This document shows, one piece after another, positions 47,501-55,002 of a DNA stretch of 61,361 bases; position 1 is the first letter of the stretch; every line of letters starts with the position of its first letter. The notes under the pieces were generated by a model, which saw only the letters and a list, made by a program, of their open reading frames with translations, did no database searches and had not been told where the DNA came from. The translations under genes and the position numbers were made by a program. The DNA comes from a virus. Its lineage: Duplodnaviria; Caudoviricetes. The DNA lies in IMG/VR virus record IMGVR_UViG_3300032285_001526, positions 1 to 61,361 of that record; one strand, 5' to 3'.

Positions 47501-48662
47501 TCCGAAAGTTGCTGATGAGTTGCTGAGAGTCGCGCAGATCGTCTATCTGTTTCTCTTTTAGAGCAGCCTCACGATCTCCACCGAATCGCTCAAGACGATC
47601 ATCGACAGAAGGCGACCAAACAGAGGTCAGGCCGTATGCCATCTTTTCTGCCAGCTCCCGAGTGTTGGGATCTTCAAGAATCAGGCGAGTAAATACGTTA
47701 GGATCAGTCTTTTTCCAGCCTTCGTAGTATTCATCCGCACGTTGCCTGCGCAAGTATCGGTCAAAAGCTTCGTCGTGAGAGATTCCTCCCAGTTCTTTTG
47801 GAATCTGCTGTTGAATCCAGTCGGTAACAGACAACCCGTTGGCTGCTGCATTCGCCGCAGTTTTTGCAACGGATTCAAACGTCTCCGCCGCACTGGTAGC
47901 AGGAGCTAAAAAGTTCTTGCCCCATTGAGCCCACTGCTCCCGATTTGTAAGGTCTTCTGGACCCTGTAAAAACGCAGGAATAGTCTTTGCCACCCCAGAA
48001 GCAAAACGCACCCCGGACTCAGCAAGCCCTTTTCCAATTCCAACACCAACATTCCACGCTTCCTTGCCGTAATTAGTGTCTTCGTGTTTTTGATCGAAAA
48101 CAGCCCTGTGCTGCTCGTCCGTTTTTGGAAACCAACTAGGAAACTGCTTAATCTCTTCCGGGTCTGTAACCTTTGCCGCTTCAGTTTTGATCTCGGGCGT
48201 GATTTGACTAGGAGACAGGTTGTGAAGCTGACTTGCAATGTACGACTGCACAGGCTCTGTGTGATCAATGTAGAGCCCTTTGGCAGTGTCCTCAATTGAA
48301 CTCAAAGCGGACTGTTTAGCAGCCTCGATTGTCGGAAAATCAGTCTGCGCTGCCTGCTTTGGTTGCTCTTCTTTTGGCAGAAATTCTTTGCCAATTTTTG
48401 AGGCTTTTTCCTGCCTTTTAACAAACTGCTCAAAGTCTTTTGGAAGCTCTCCAGTTTCTTCCTGTGGTTTAGCTTCTGGAAATGGCTCTGCTTTTTGTCC
48501 TTGCCCAATGGAAGGAGCCATAAAGCTAGAACCCATAGGCCCCATCCCGGCAAACATTCCCGCTTCCTCTGTTTTTACAGATTCAGGAATGTACTTTGCA
48601 GCCTCTTTAGCTGCTTTTGATTGTCTCGCCGCCAGTGCTTCTATTTCGTCGAGGTCACTCAT
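38550..48662 (-). CDS. Giant polyvalent internal virion/ejection protein (3370 aa)
   Basis: Follows the ejection genes; HEAGH zincin motif, two large polyvalent-type modules, C-terminal GNAT-like domain, RFMP linkers. Confidence 0.8.
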   Translation of the reverse strand: MSDLDEIEALAARQSKAAKEAAKYIPESVKTEEAGMFAGMGPMGSSFMAPSIGQGQKAEPFPEAKPQEETGELPKDFEQFVKRQEKASKIGKEFLPKEEQPKQAAQTDFPTIEAAKQSALSSIEDTAKGLYIDHTEPVQSYIASQLHNLSPSQITPEIKTEAAKVTDPEEIKQFPSWFPKTDEQHRAVFDQKHEDTNYGKEAWNVGVGIGKGLAESGVRFASGVAKTIPAFLQGPEDLTNREQWAQWGKNFLAPATSAAETFESVAKTAANAAANGLSVTDWIQQQIPKELGGISHDEAFDRYLRRQRADEYYEGWKKTDPNVFTRLILEDPNTRELAEKMAYGLTSVWSPSVDDRLERFGGDREAALKEKQIDDLRDSQQLISNFRKEASQMVPEADITEALSYGRAGLNPFDVYGKAFQALGQGAKAASRIGKTEAQLAEIDRAAVAKAFEQDLQKIKDSQKPGVFERGFGGLANAIEVGTEKTKGALEKIPEFIGVPASKLGEGLLGATTLKLGSAALQTPRLMESALAGGRLAAGAEGRFLAGAKAATEKAGELGMTPAAQKWLADKSIPAAKVLDWMAQNTVEMARGGVHGATLAAAVGILENKNPEEIADLMGQGVFFHVGGEVLGNMSGVSHARYEANQKRQRAGAAKWFDGLDGATKQHVTEFANWDNYVQSLKALTENAVGEHALAQQELVNAVNTGEPENKIAAAKEDADYTLRIAKTRRAMLQNAEKANAETRQMYADQIRIGLADLMTALNGSTTNRNVELRMTTTPQLVNEVLENNKDKGLTDLEKVEVVNHLLANSGQIAFEAENGGKHRLSSGKTIDLYTPYKERLNVNIDAVKRRMGTGESVLNAVGHEAGHSFWNSKEFREANAQTIKDLFGDQRFDERGNLISGDAGILSTEDLVNKFKNVYAKGVQGGWEHLAKLTGLWDVKTNDIDPAKTASYMKAEVMAELIQGGAQGGIKLGESPKPWLAPLVDWATVKNKNQKTVRSIRDAFGLTETKPWDSSVVGVTFSKDQVDATRKALKAVAELNGDINAAEIIPHAPITETQLKANEAVAKQFGDGFFATEKVATVVDENGNVVSSHVITDPGAMEGTFEHSTTDTGDSELRQTSGYGTVPPELHDVQLPKGGKLKITSRIKRDASGGLAALTPDQAKALGRERARIIREALESAPDKEYPGRMSATSADGLSFGGILSPEQVKAIKRLPETIIPYGLKRRILEFNDLLVRDEGEGMIGLYGQAMDRYGRYKSFAPKIVDFVPLGMKMSKDGNILFNMFSKTGMREKLRRWQRDTPELLNLWQGDGDAFMTDVRKVLDNWKPREGAPAGLPGETGLDSDSNIAIAKKNRVNDFLNIFRKTEPESLLANPARSTMKRPPRRLTKAEKLDEESSDPNTLIRSYRVDRFHDLERSSDAPFRVNYGKALYNLMPAKEEAMREREPRLKEPVGFGAGILKGLQAVSAEYDPNGTGEIKATVQPEAAQVRFMPAPADEEYHHAEGSFPKTETSQPYKMSAIHKISDDALLFADKMGGLAVPSVAVVKAGTGIQGFGNITLVGGRDLVDPKTNPVYSGDAYTQRFPKPEYPRVKTKKAQQTIDLFKPAQGKFSSSYGDNVTDIIWDNAVNRPNPEEAVNKLKKSNVAKATYLGDAAPEPVMRTVSQDLGILDTAPMKEWMSKNSIQDVNYNDIEGRKALGDAIRAGFDEVYPEEMKGKATRIGNRFVSEDGQATVGAISRLEADVRNYGKTEIDAAETQKALDQKLAGKESDFYKWVENTIEGMYEAPRIRVAGKWEPYTLENIARVMTSGKIAGVEKSMTQSTGLTAAQMAKRFGSLQEMRNTAEAPWGIRSEAEVNEARNKVSEVLRDYRDAMVPYYKGATWDALDESMAALGAYYRSGAGGESRMKQTLSKMGFTNVPSEVVKQAVSAADAMSASPVKYFEAKPQRIVQLNEFKGAIVPDNVDPEVLSTLERNGIETRIIPAEKADDSAYIGSEIDKLKGGIPQQEQAGIRFMPEREEDPTMVAPGFYSKAGRVLLDKMPNRASAEQLKGILDPQKGSGVKPDEMKWSGINQFIDSMQAEKGFVTKDDVKRFLKDSYAAKFETQTMKDGKEYFVTYSDGNTEHFSSKEEAEKARENGIENHIEMLNDYAGYDVILDESNDEDYTPKGWFIIDQNYDHVTREQKNSYGLTIFRPEEYYKTEEAARKDLNDYFRSLAEDETTISEGDVEDAQYSQYTLPGGTNYEEIVLRMPGVDYTSSHFPDVSNYVAHMRTADFGNGRLIEELQSDLHKEAREKGYERLPDTTGWKAYNFKYDSENPDASGWIVLSSNGRDLGTYGGRTEEEVIQKAASLSKEGIADAPFRKDWPLQLFKHALQKAVADGKQWVGWTGGEAQAERYDLSNKVSAVEYLPLTQTLLAFDLSGDEVFNQAVPREKIADYVGKEVAEKLLATEPYTIGSRKQVHALKGVDLKLGGEGMIGFYDTILPKEIGKYVKQWGAKVEKGGIPNPDKGMKGLAVGFDGTDYWLNEGSFGKRVPGVGPFKSYIEADDARNALSKGQEQIWKVNITPEMSESVSGGQARFMPSKTVAGKENDLTKEPVTEEQKQAQRQFVQSIVPANTMAKAKGIPSKIPDEYADKPFLPIMADLLGGGGQYKGVEMQGGPAYPVMNYDGNNMTAAWSSTREGVESILGDLVKTGSIWKDKNGKHWAIVSPFSMSQTAHQANKNFGRVFMKEVANAVNSGQVSPAAANALANEIRNIKGEKVSLSEFPDLNSPQMDEYFSGLSFESRAAIVKALTKKESQEMGVPISERTLRETRDASYHGIDSGNLLSMLLIDIDRMAKQVPVMEKQGRGKDAKEVDTGETKWKLRDDLSAADLGVPEHLTYNTVLPGKMIAHFQTPVPFDVGMPDPIRQIKEYVAENKPAKIQEAQGDLAAKEGILSNLQLKIGDKYQELTSAREGLAAAEKLLKRESAKNTPDKTKVAEYKASIKSLNSAISKILKKSPDIEKQMDDALEARRVAEKAVGTAERYDIRPDYAYQGRIPTGITAQKLNPQVMGSINEAQNLQTHPAVARAMAAAITDNWTAIAGQKTAGMTEFLHAIKRNEAAETLTQYDPSILKEDIKSGKMSLYTLPENDVWFGLKARKDGGKELVGVMNNSGLGGMLNLMMAKALQEGATNLDCYGVNIAGRNAELLPSLYARHGWVEYDRSPYDKQFLVAMPENATPEQKAQVEAARDKKEAALKAQWTAQGWDGQKMPDLVYMKHEGVRTKPVSNPTGSSILRGKVASSRRAASRASSQIRGAGGGEAGGQVSDSGAASGDSMGGGKLLARGIDTFVKELGTATPDQLRTLGITPELAKQILDAVTFGSKY

Positions 48663-50566
48663 TGTGCAGGTGCGGTATTAGCTTCTTGACCAGTGGGGAA
48701 CCCAACTCCGCCACCAACAAATCCTTGTCTTTTTGTGGAGAAATCTTTTTTGCCTAAAATCAATGAACCTGTGTATCTTTCTCTTTTTAAACGAGTTGAT
48801 AAAGATTCTGATTCTTGAGAAATTTCATTCAACTGTTCTTTAATAAGAGCCAAAGATTCTGTGTCGTTTTCTGCCAATGCTTTTTTAGCCTCTTGAAGAA
48901 GTTTCTTTGTTGCCGCATCATTTTCTGAAATTTTTTTAGCGGCATCAGTTACTAGAATAATGTTATCAACATACGGATGGGGCAAATGAACTTCATTTTT
49001 CTGCCCTGAATCCATCATTTTTTCCCTCCCTTGAAGCAGAACATCATTTGCAGCAGCAGCTTGTTCGTTGTGCATTTCAGCCATTGTGCGCATCATTTGG
49101 TCACGCTGCCTGTCGCTCAAAAGTGCTCCAGATAATGGCTTGTCCTTTATGAGATTTAATTTATCTACAAAGTTTTTAGCTTCAATCATCAGCTTAACTT
49201 CGCCTTCAGTAATTCTACCTCCAGAAGTTGCCCGAGCAAAAGTATTAATCAAATCTACGTCTGCTGCTCCAGCTGCGCTTGGATTACGTTTAACATTATC
49301 GTAAGCAGCCATAAATGAACGCATCATTGCTCTAGTTCCATTTTGGCCTTCATAATTTTTGAAAGCTGGATGAGTTACAATTGCTTGTCCTTCTGAACGA
49401 GTTGCCTGCTGAACCTTTTGTTTTTCATTGTCTGAAAGCTTGCGCTCATCCAATGCAGCTTTGTCTGCTTCTTCTTTAATGTTAACGTAATTTATCTTAT
49501 ACCCCTCTTTTGTTGAATCAGCTCCAACAGCCCTCCACTCAGGATTTGTTTCATTGAATTTCTTCATAAACTCTTCAATGACATTTGAATCGTAAACTCC
49601 GCCTTCTCCTGATTTATCAACGTAAAACACGCGATCCATTCGTGCAGGCGTTGGCTGTTTTGTTTCAGGTTGTATCTCAGGTTGCTTTACTAAAGCACCA
49701 ATTCTTTGACCTTCAGTGCGTTTAGGCTCAATAGGCGCAGCAAAATCAGGAGCACCGTACTGTGGTAAAGAAGCAAGTACTGCGGTTTGTTGTTGAGGAG
49801 TGATGGCTCTGGAAACATCAGAACCAAGTGGCACTTCTGGCATTTGAGCCGTTGGATAAACAGGCAACGCCAAAGAGAGAGCGGCAGGTTTATTAAAATC
49901 AAATGCAACTTTTTTTGGGGCAATCGAGGAGATTGAGATAGGACTTTCGCGATCTACAGCAAGAGCTGGGGCTGCGGAGTTAAACAATCCCATATCAGCA
50001 GGGCCAGAAGGCTCAGAAGGCAATTGATCGCCTTGTTGAGCAACTCGCTCTTGCGCCATCCTGCGTGCCGTTTTAAGCCCGGGAGTCTCTGCTCCAGTTG
50101 CTTCCTGTTCAGCTACAGGTTGAGTTCCCTGAAGTGTACCTCTAACAACTTGCGAAAGTTGGCTTATGTCTTTTGATCCTTTTCCAGAAGATTTAGCCTG
50201 TAGCGTTGCCATCACTTCACTGTGACGCAAATCATCTTTTCTCTGCTGCTCTTTTAACTTTGCTTCATCAGCCAAAAGCTTCTTGTTTGCAAGCTCTTCT
50301 CTTGCAGCTTCTCTTTCAGCCAGAAACGCATCTTTTTTATCCTGACGTTTTTGCTGATAAGAAGCCGTAATCCCGGCACCAATCGCACTTAAAGCTCTGT
50401 CAATTCCCTGAGCAATATACGGCTTAGTCTCGGCAACCTGAAACGCAGGCATAGCTTGAAACTGCATAGGCGCACCAAACGTCAACGGACGCAATCCTGC
50501 GAGTGCGTCGGTCGGGATCTGCGGTGCTACAGTTGCAAATGGAATGCCTGATTCAAGTCCTGCCAT
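48659..50566 (-). CDS. Putative ejection (internal core) protein
   Basis: Helical/coiled-coil, Pro-rich middle; position before the giant protein. Confidence 0.6.
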   Translation of the reverse strand: MAGLESGIPFATVAPQIPTDALAGLRPLTFGAPMQFQAMPAFQVAETKPYIAQGIDRALSAIGAGITASYQQKRQDKKDAFLAEREAAREELANKKLLADEAKLKEQQRKDDLRHSEVMATLQAKSSGKGSKDISQLSQVVRGTLQGTQPVAEQEATGAETPGLKTARRMAQERVAQQGDQLPSEPSGPADMGLFNSAAPALAVDRESPISISSIAPKKVAFDFNKPAALSLALPVYPTAQMPEVPLGSDVSRAITPQQQTAVLASLPQYGAPDFAAPIEPKRTEGQRIGALVKQPEIQPETKQPTPARMDRVFYVDKSGEGGVYDSNVIEEFMKKFNETNPEWRAVGADSTKEGYKINYVNIKEEADKAALDERKLSDNEKQKVQQATRSEGQAIVTHPAFKNYEGQNGTRAMMRSFMAAYDNVKRNPSAAGAADVDLINTFARATSGGRITEGEVKLMIEAKNFVDKLNLIKDKPLSGALLSDRQRDQMMRTMAEMHNEQAAAANDVLLQGREKMMDSGQKNEVHLPHPYVDNIILVTDAAKKISENDAATKKLLQEAKKALAENDTESLALIKEQLNEISQESESLSTRLKRERYTGSLILGKKDFSTKRQGFVGGGVGFPTGQEANTAPAQ

Positions 50567-50567
50567 A

Positions 50568-50822
50568 TTACGTTCCTCCGAAAGTTGCTTGAGCCGCTCC
50601 GGGGTTCTTTGCTTGATTAGGCGCAGCGGCAGAGCTTAGAGCACCACCACCCATAACCGCACCAGATGGAGGCTGTGCCCCGGTCTGAGTCGGCTGCATA
50701 GTAGGCGCAGGGGCTGCGTTAATCGTCGCCCCAGTCGTTGCAGGAGTAGGCTGACCGTTAGGGCGCACGATCTGCCCTAATTGTCCTCCGATAGGTTGTC
50801 CTAGTTGTCCTGAGCCTCCCAT
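50568..50822 (-). CDS. Small Gly/Gln/Pro-rich virion-like protein
   Basis: MGGSGQ start, ends TFGGT. Confidence 0.55.
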   Translation of the reverse strand: MGGSGQLGQPIGGQLGQIVRPNGQPTPATTGATINAAPAPTMQPTQTGAQPPSGAVMGGGALSSAAAPNQAKNPGAAQATFGGT

Positions 50823-50823
50823 T

Positions 50824-51285
50824 TTAGTACCCTCCAAACGTCACTCCAGAAGTGCTAGGAAGGGTAAACTGGTTTGCCGCAGCCACTTTTGCGGGAGAGC
50901 CAGCCAGATTTGCAGCAGTAACAGGCAACTGACCTGCCGATGTGCCGAGGTTTGCCAGCTTTGCGGCAGCAGTCCCAGCAACGTCAATTGGACCACCAGT
51001 CTGAGCTGCTCCAGCCTGCCTTGCAGCCGCTTTAGCAGCCGCTTGAGAGGCAGAGTCCAATGCCTGCTGATAAGCCTGCTGGCGACCGAGCCCTTGCTGC
51101 GCAGCAAAATTAGCCTGATTCATGCCCTGCTGTGCCGCAGTGTCCTGAGACTGAATAAGTGCTTTCCTGTTTGCTTCATCCGCAGCTTTTTGAGCATCAG
51201 CCATCTGCTGGCGTTGCAGATCAATTTCTTGAAGCATTGGGGTGTAGTCAGGAGGAGGAGGTGCTGAGTAAGATGATCCGCCCAT
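50824..51285 (-). CDS. Putative ejection protein
   Basis: MGGSSYSAPPPPDY start, Q/A-rich, ends TFGGY. Confidence 0.65.
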   Translation of the reverse strand: MGGSSYSAPPPPDYTPMLQEIDLQRQQMADAQKAADEANRKALIQSQDTAAQQGMNQANFAAQQGLGRQQAYQQALDSASQAAAKAAARQAGAAQTGGPIDVAGTAAAKLANLGTSAGQLPVTAANLAGSPAKVAAANQFTLPSTSGVTFGGY

Positions 51286-51297
51286 AATAGTGTGTAG

Positions 51298-52227
51298 TTA
51301 GTCTTCTGGTGATGCGTTATAGCCGTACATTTTTTGAAATGCGTCTGGGGAGTCCATCTGATTCATTGGAACAGCTTTTTTAGCTAATCCTCCCAATATT
51401 GCAGCACCCATTGGCCCTCCTAACGCTCCTCCAGCAACAGTGCCCAATGCGCCAATACCTGCTCCTAAAAGAGCATTTTTGCTGTTAGCCTTAGAAACAG
51501 CACCCTGATACATCGCGTTTTGATAATTCTGCCAATCTTTGCGCCCGGATTCAACAGCTTGGTTAGTGCTGCCCATCATATTGTTGATCCAGTCTTGAGC
51601 AGACTGTTGCTGTCCCCCAGCAGCATTCAACATCGCATTCCTGAAGCCAGCTCGTTGCTGCATAGCGTTAGCCGTTGCAGTGTTCTGCATGTTCAAAATA
51701 GACTGCGGATCAAGCCCTGCAACAGGTTGCTGGTTTGCACCCAACAATTGAGCAGCCTGCTGTTCTTGAGCCCGTTTAAGAGCCAGTCCCTGCATCGTAG
51801 AGGCATCAAACAAAGCAGACTTGCCAACCGTAGAATCCTGCATGCCAGATCCCAGTGCCTGAACAAGGCCAGCATGCTTTGCCCAGTCGTCCATCTGCTT
51901 CTGCCAGCTTCCCGGGGTAACATCTTCCGCAATCATCTTTGGGAGCTGCTCTCGCACTCTTGCCACATCCGGGTTTACTTGCTGCTCTAGCTGCTTGTTC
52001 TTGAAAGCGTTGATAGCCGCTGCTTGAGCGACTTGAGTCTGCATTCCCTGATTGCCCCAGATATCAGGAGTCCAGCTTTCGAGGGGCTGAGTTGCAGCAT
52101 AACCCAAAAGCTTCCCCCGGGACTCTAACGCACGCCGACCAATATCAGACTGCATCGCCAGTTCCGCTGCTGGAACTGTGAAGTCTGGTCTCGACATGAA
52201 ATCTGCGGGGTTTGGTCCTCCTCCCAT
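51298..52227 (-). CDS. Putative ejection/pilot protein
   Basis: MGGGP start, Q/A/N-rich, C-terminal glycine-zipper TM (GAGIGALGTVAGGALGGPMGA). Confidence 0.7.
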   Translation of the reverse strand: MGGGPNPADFMSRPDFTVPAAELAMQSDIGRRALESRGKLLGYAATQPLESWTPDIWGNQGMQTQVAQAAAINAFKNKQLEQQVNPDVARVREQLPKMIAEDVTPGSWQKQMDDWAKHAGLVQALGSGMQDSTVGKSALFDASTMQGLALKRAQEQQAAQLLGANQQPVAGLDPQSILNMQNTATANAMQQRAGFRNAMLNAAGGQQQSAQDWINNMMGSTNQAVESGRKDWQNYQNAMYQGAVSKANSKNALLGAGIGALGTVAGGALGGPMGAAILGGLAKKAVPMNQMDSPDAFQKMYGYNASPED

Positions 52228-52229
52228 AA

Positions 52230-52616
52230 TTAAGCGGGGCTGTAAAGTTCTCTGTTGAGTCGGATTAAACCGAGCTTTTGCATAATAGCTTCAGAGAAAT
52301 TACCATTTCCATTTTTATTGTCAAAGGGAACTCCAATATGACTGATGTTTCCAGATAATTGACAATGCGTTCGCCAGTCAGACATTACCTGAATAACGTC
52401 TTTTGGTTTGGTAAATTCAGGGTGAAATGCTGGGTAAACTGTGGGTATGAAAACGTGATCAGAGTATCCAATCAGTTGATTCCCTCGATAATGCGCAAAA
52501 TGACTGACTTTTGGATGAGGAACAATGGAATGGTCAAAAGAAGCTGCAAATCTTTGCAAATCTTCAAATTCAGCAGTGTTTGAGCCGACAAAACGATATT
52601 CAATTGATTCTTTCAT
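52230..52616 (-). CDS. Hypothetical protein, possibly GNAT-like
   Basis: Position between nozzle and ejection genes; IMQKLGL C-terminal motif. Confidence 0.55.
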   Translation of the reverse strand: MKESIEYRFVGSNTAEFEDLQRFAASFDHSIVPHPKVSHFAHYRGNQLIGYSDHVFIPTVYPAFHPEFTKPKDVIQVMSDWRTHCQLSGNISHIGVPFDNKNGNGNFSEAIMQKLGLIRLNRELYSPA

Positions 52617-52861
52617 TAGTTAGTGATGGTCATCTGCACCCCGCTCGGCTGCACAGGTTGTAGTTTATAAGATTCAGACAGAAGCAGCGTTTCCCTTAAA
52701 TTTGAGTTGCCGCACATTACGCAGGGCAAGCATTTTGGGGAGTTGTTTGCAGAAAACGGAATAGATGAATAGAGCTGAATCACCCCGTCATTCCCGTAAG
52801 GACTGATGTACAGGTTCGGAAACGAAGTGACCGCTTGTGAGGCTGTTTCGATGCTAGGCAT
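52616..52861 (-). CDS. Small Cys-containing protein
   Basis: MPSIETAS...CLPCVMC. Confidence 0.55.
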   Translation of the reverse strand: MPSIETASQAVTSFPNLYISPYGNDGVIQLYSSIPFSANNSPKCLPCVMCGNSNLRETLLLSESYKLQPVQPSGVQMTITN

Positions 52862-52862
52862 A

Positions 52863-55001
52863 TCAACAGGGGTGAATCGTTCTGTAATTCTTCGCTGCGA
52901 TTGTCGCTGCGTTGAAAGCGGCTGTGTCAGCCTGCGTGTCGGCATCCTCCTGAGAAATCCGAGAAATGACCGTCTCTGTAGCTGTTGCGCTGACTGCTAG
53001 CCCGGTAGAAGGTGCTGTGCAGCGCAGCGTGACCGTCCGGGTCTTTGTAGAGGTCCACGATGTAATCTCTGAAGTATGCCTCTCTTGAGGAGGAGGAGCC
53101 AGTGCTGCCGTCTGCGTAGAACCGTCCTCAGCCACAATGCAATACAACGTCTCGTTGGGAGTGACCTTGCCGTAGGATTGCGTCGGAAACGGGTCTTGGA
53201 AAATCCGAATTGACTCAACGCCCATTGCTCCGCACCACTCGACTAAAAACGAGAATGCTTTGTCTACATTAGTCGCAAATGGGCTTTCGCAGCTTACCAA
53301 AGTAGAGTCAGGAACAACGGTTTCTGTCGTCAGCCTGCGATGCTGAGTCTGAAGGAATCCCAGAGTGCTAATTTCCTCAGAAACAACCTGATTTGTGTTG
53401 TACTGATAAGCATCCGTTGCCGCTAGAATTCGAGTGCTCAGAATGTCTACATAAGCACCCTTAGAACCCCTATACGAAGTCCTTACGTCAACAGTTCCAG
53501 AAATCTGACTGCATTCAAGCTCTCCGTAGACCAACTGCTTTAGGTCCATCCCGTCGCCCATCAACGGAGTCTCCATTTGGCAGTAAATTCGCTGAATTAG
53601 GCTGGTTGTAGACCCGTCCGGGTTAATGTTGAGGTAAGTGTCGTAACGGTTCTGGGTAAACCCTTCCCATAGCGAGTTGAATGACCCGTCGTTTGTAGCG
53701 GCATAGTCTACCGAGAATGCAAACACTCTAGGCTGCGAATCAATCACCGCTGCCGACCATTCAACAGGACGAATCCCGGTCCAGACTCCAGCCCACGCAG
53801 GCACCCGGGACTGATTCCATTCCGCAGCAGATGCGTAATCGAGCACCATTGTTGCCGAATTGCAGACTTCAAGGTACGGGATGCTATAGAGGAGGTAGTT
53901 TTCAAACGAAACTGCGCAAATTCCGTTTAAGTTGGCAGACATTAGTCGTTTAGCCTTTGCCATCTCGACGTCTTTGTACAGCACCTGCGAGGACAGGTAC
54001 GAGGCACTAGCAACGTCAGCAGATACAAGCCCACCTGCCGAATACCACCACATCATGCCCGCCTGAAAGGACACACTCTTTCCAGCAACGCATCCGATTG
54101 CCGGGTACAACACGTTTTGAAAATTGGCAGTCGTCGGCCACTGAGAGCGGTCCAGAATTCCAGACGCAAACGAATGTGTCGTGCGGTCGGTGAAAACGTA
54201 AAGTCGGGAGTCGTTATTCTGCCCGATATAGTCCTGCATTGCCGTCACCGGGCGAGGGACAGTGAAATCGCCTCTGCCAGTTCCAGAAACACGCTCTTGC
54301 CAGCTCAACGGGTTTCCGAGGTCTGAGGCAGAGATCACGTTGGAGTTAGCAACCCAAAGCCGATTGCCAGAGAATGCCATCCAGTAGCCAAGGGGAATAT
54401 CGTCAGACTGTGCCCCGGTTTTGTTTGATCCATCCCAATATCCAGCAGGAGAGACCCCATCCTGCACAATGATCATGCGGTGCGAAGGGGTGATTGTGAC
54501 GCTACCCGAGGATACCTGCGCGGATTGTGTGGCGATCACAAAATTGACTCGGTCAACCTTCGCATCGAGCGCAATATTGTTGAGCCTATAGTCGTCCCAG
54601 TTTTTAGGTTGCACCAACGGAAACGGAGCGTAGTAAACCTTCCCATCAACTGCAAAAACCGCATAGGAAAGCTCAGATGCTTGAATCTGACCACCTTCTG
54701 GAGTCCAAATGGTAGCAGGCTGAAAAACCTGCACTCCAGCCGGGTTTTTAAAGCTACTAGCAGCCTGATACTGCTTATTTGCGTTGAAGATCAAGCCTCC
54801 TTGGAAGTTCCCAGCAGGAAGCGAAAGCCTCATCGAGAATCCGGGGCGAGTTTGTGCAATCCCGCCTCGAATGTTGATATTCTGAGCCCACTTGATCTGG
54901 TCGTCAGGGAGTGCCCAAGGGTTGCGAACGGAGTTTACCCCGTGGACCCAATTAGCGGAGACCTTTTGCAGCCTCCCAGAACTGATGTTTGGGCTCTTCA
55001 T
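52863..55001 (-). CDS. Tail nozzle/tubular protein B-like
   Basis: 712 aa beta-rich, GNRLWVA, AWAGVWTGIRP; follows the adaptor; C-terminal SRISQEDADTQA motif. Confidence 0.7.
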   Translation of the reverse strand: MKSPNISSGRLQKVSANWVHGVNSVRNPWALPDDQIKWAQNINIRGGIAQTRPGFSMRLSLPAGNFQGGLIFNANKQYQAASSFKNPAGVQVFQPATIWTPEGGQIQASELSYAVFAVDGKVYYAPFPLVQPKNWDDYRLNNIALDAKVDRVNFVIATQSAQVSSGSVTITPSHRMIIVQDGVSPAGYWDGSNKTGAQSDDIPLGYWMAFSGNRLWVANSNVISASDLGNPLSWQERVSGTGRGDFTVPRPVTAMQDYIGQNNDSRLYVFTDRTTHSFASGILDRSQWPTTANFQNVLYPAIGCVAGKSVSFQAGMMWWYSAGGLVSADVASASYLSSQVLYKDVEMAKAKRLMSANLNGICAVSFENYLLYSIPYLEVCNSATMVLDYASAAEWNQSRVPAWAGVWTGIRPVEWSAAVIDSQPRVFAFSVDYAATNDGSFNSLWEGFTQNRYDTYLNINPDGSTTSLIQRIYCQMETPLMGDGMDLKQLVYGELECSQISGTVDVRTSYRGSKGAYVDILSTRILAATDAYQYNTNQVVSEEISTLGFLQTQHRRLTTETVVPDSTLVSCESPFATNVDKAFSFLVEWCGAMGVESIRIFQDPFPTQSYGKVTPNETLYCIVAEDGSTQTAALAPPPQERHTSEITSWTSTKTRTVTLRCTAPSTGLAVSATATETVISRISQEDADTQADTAAFNAATIAAKNYRTIHPC

Positions 55002-55002
55002 G

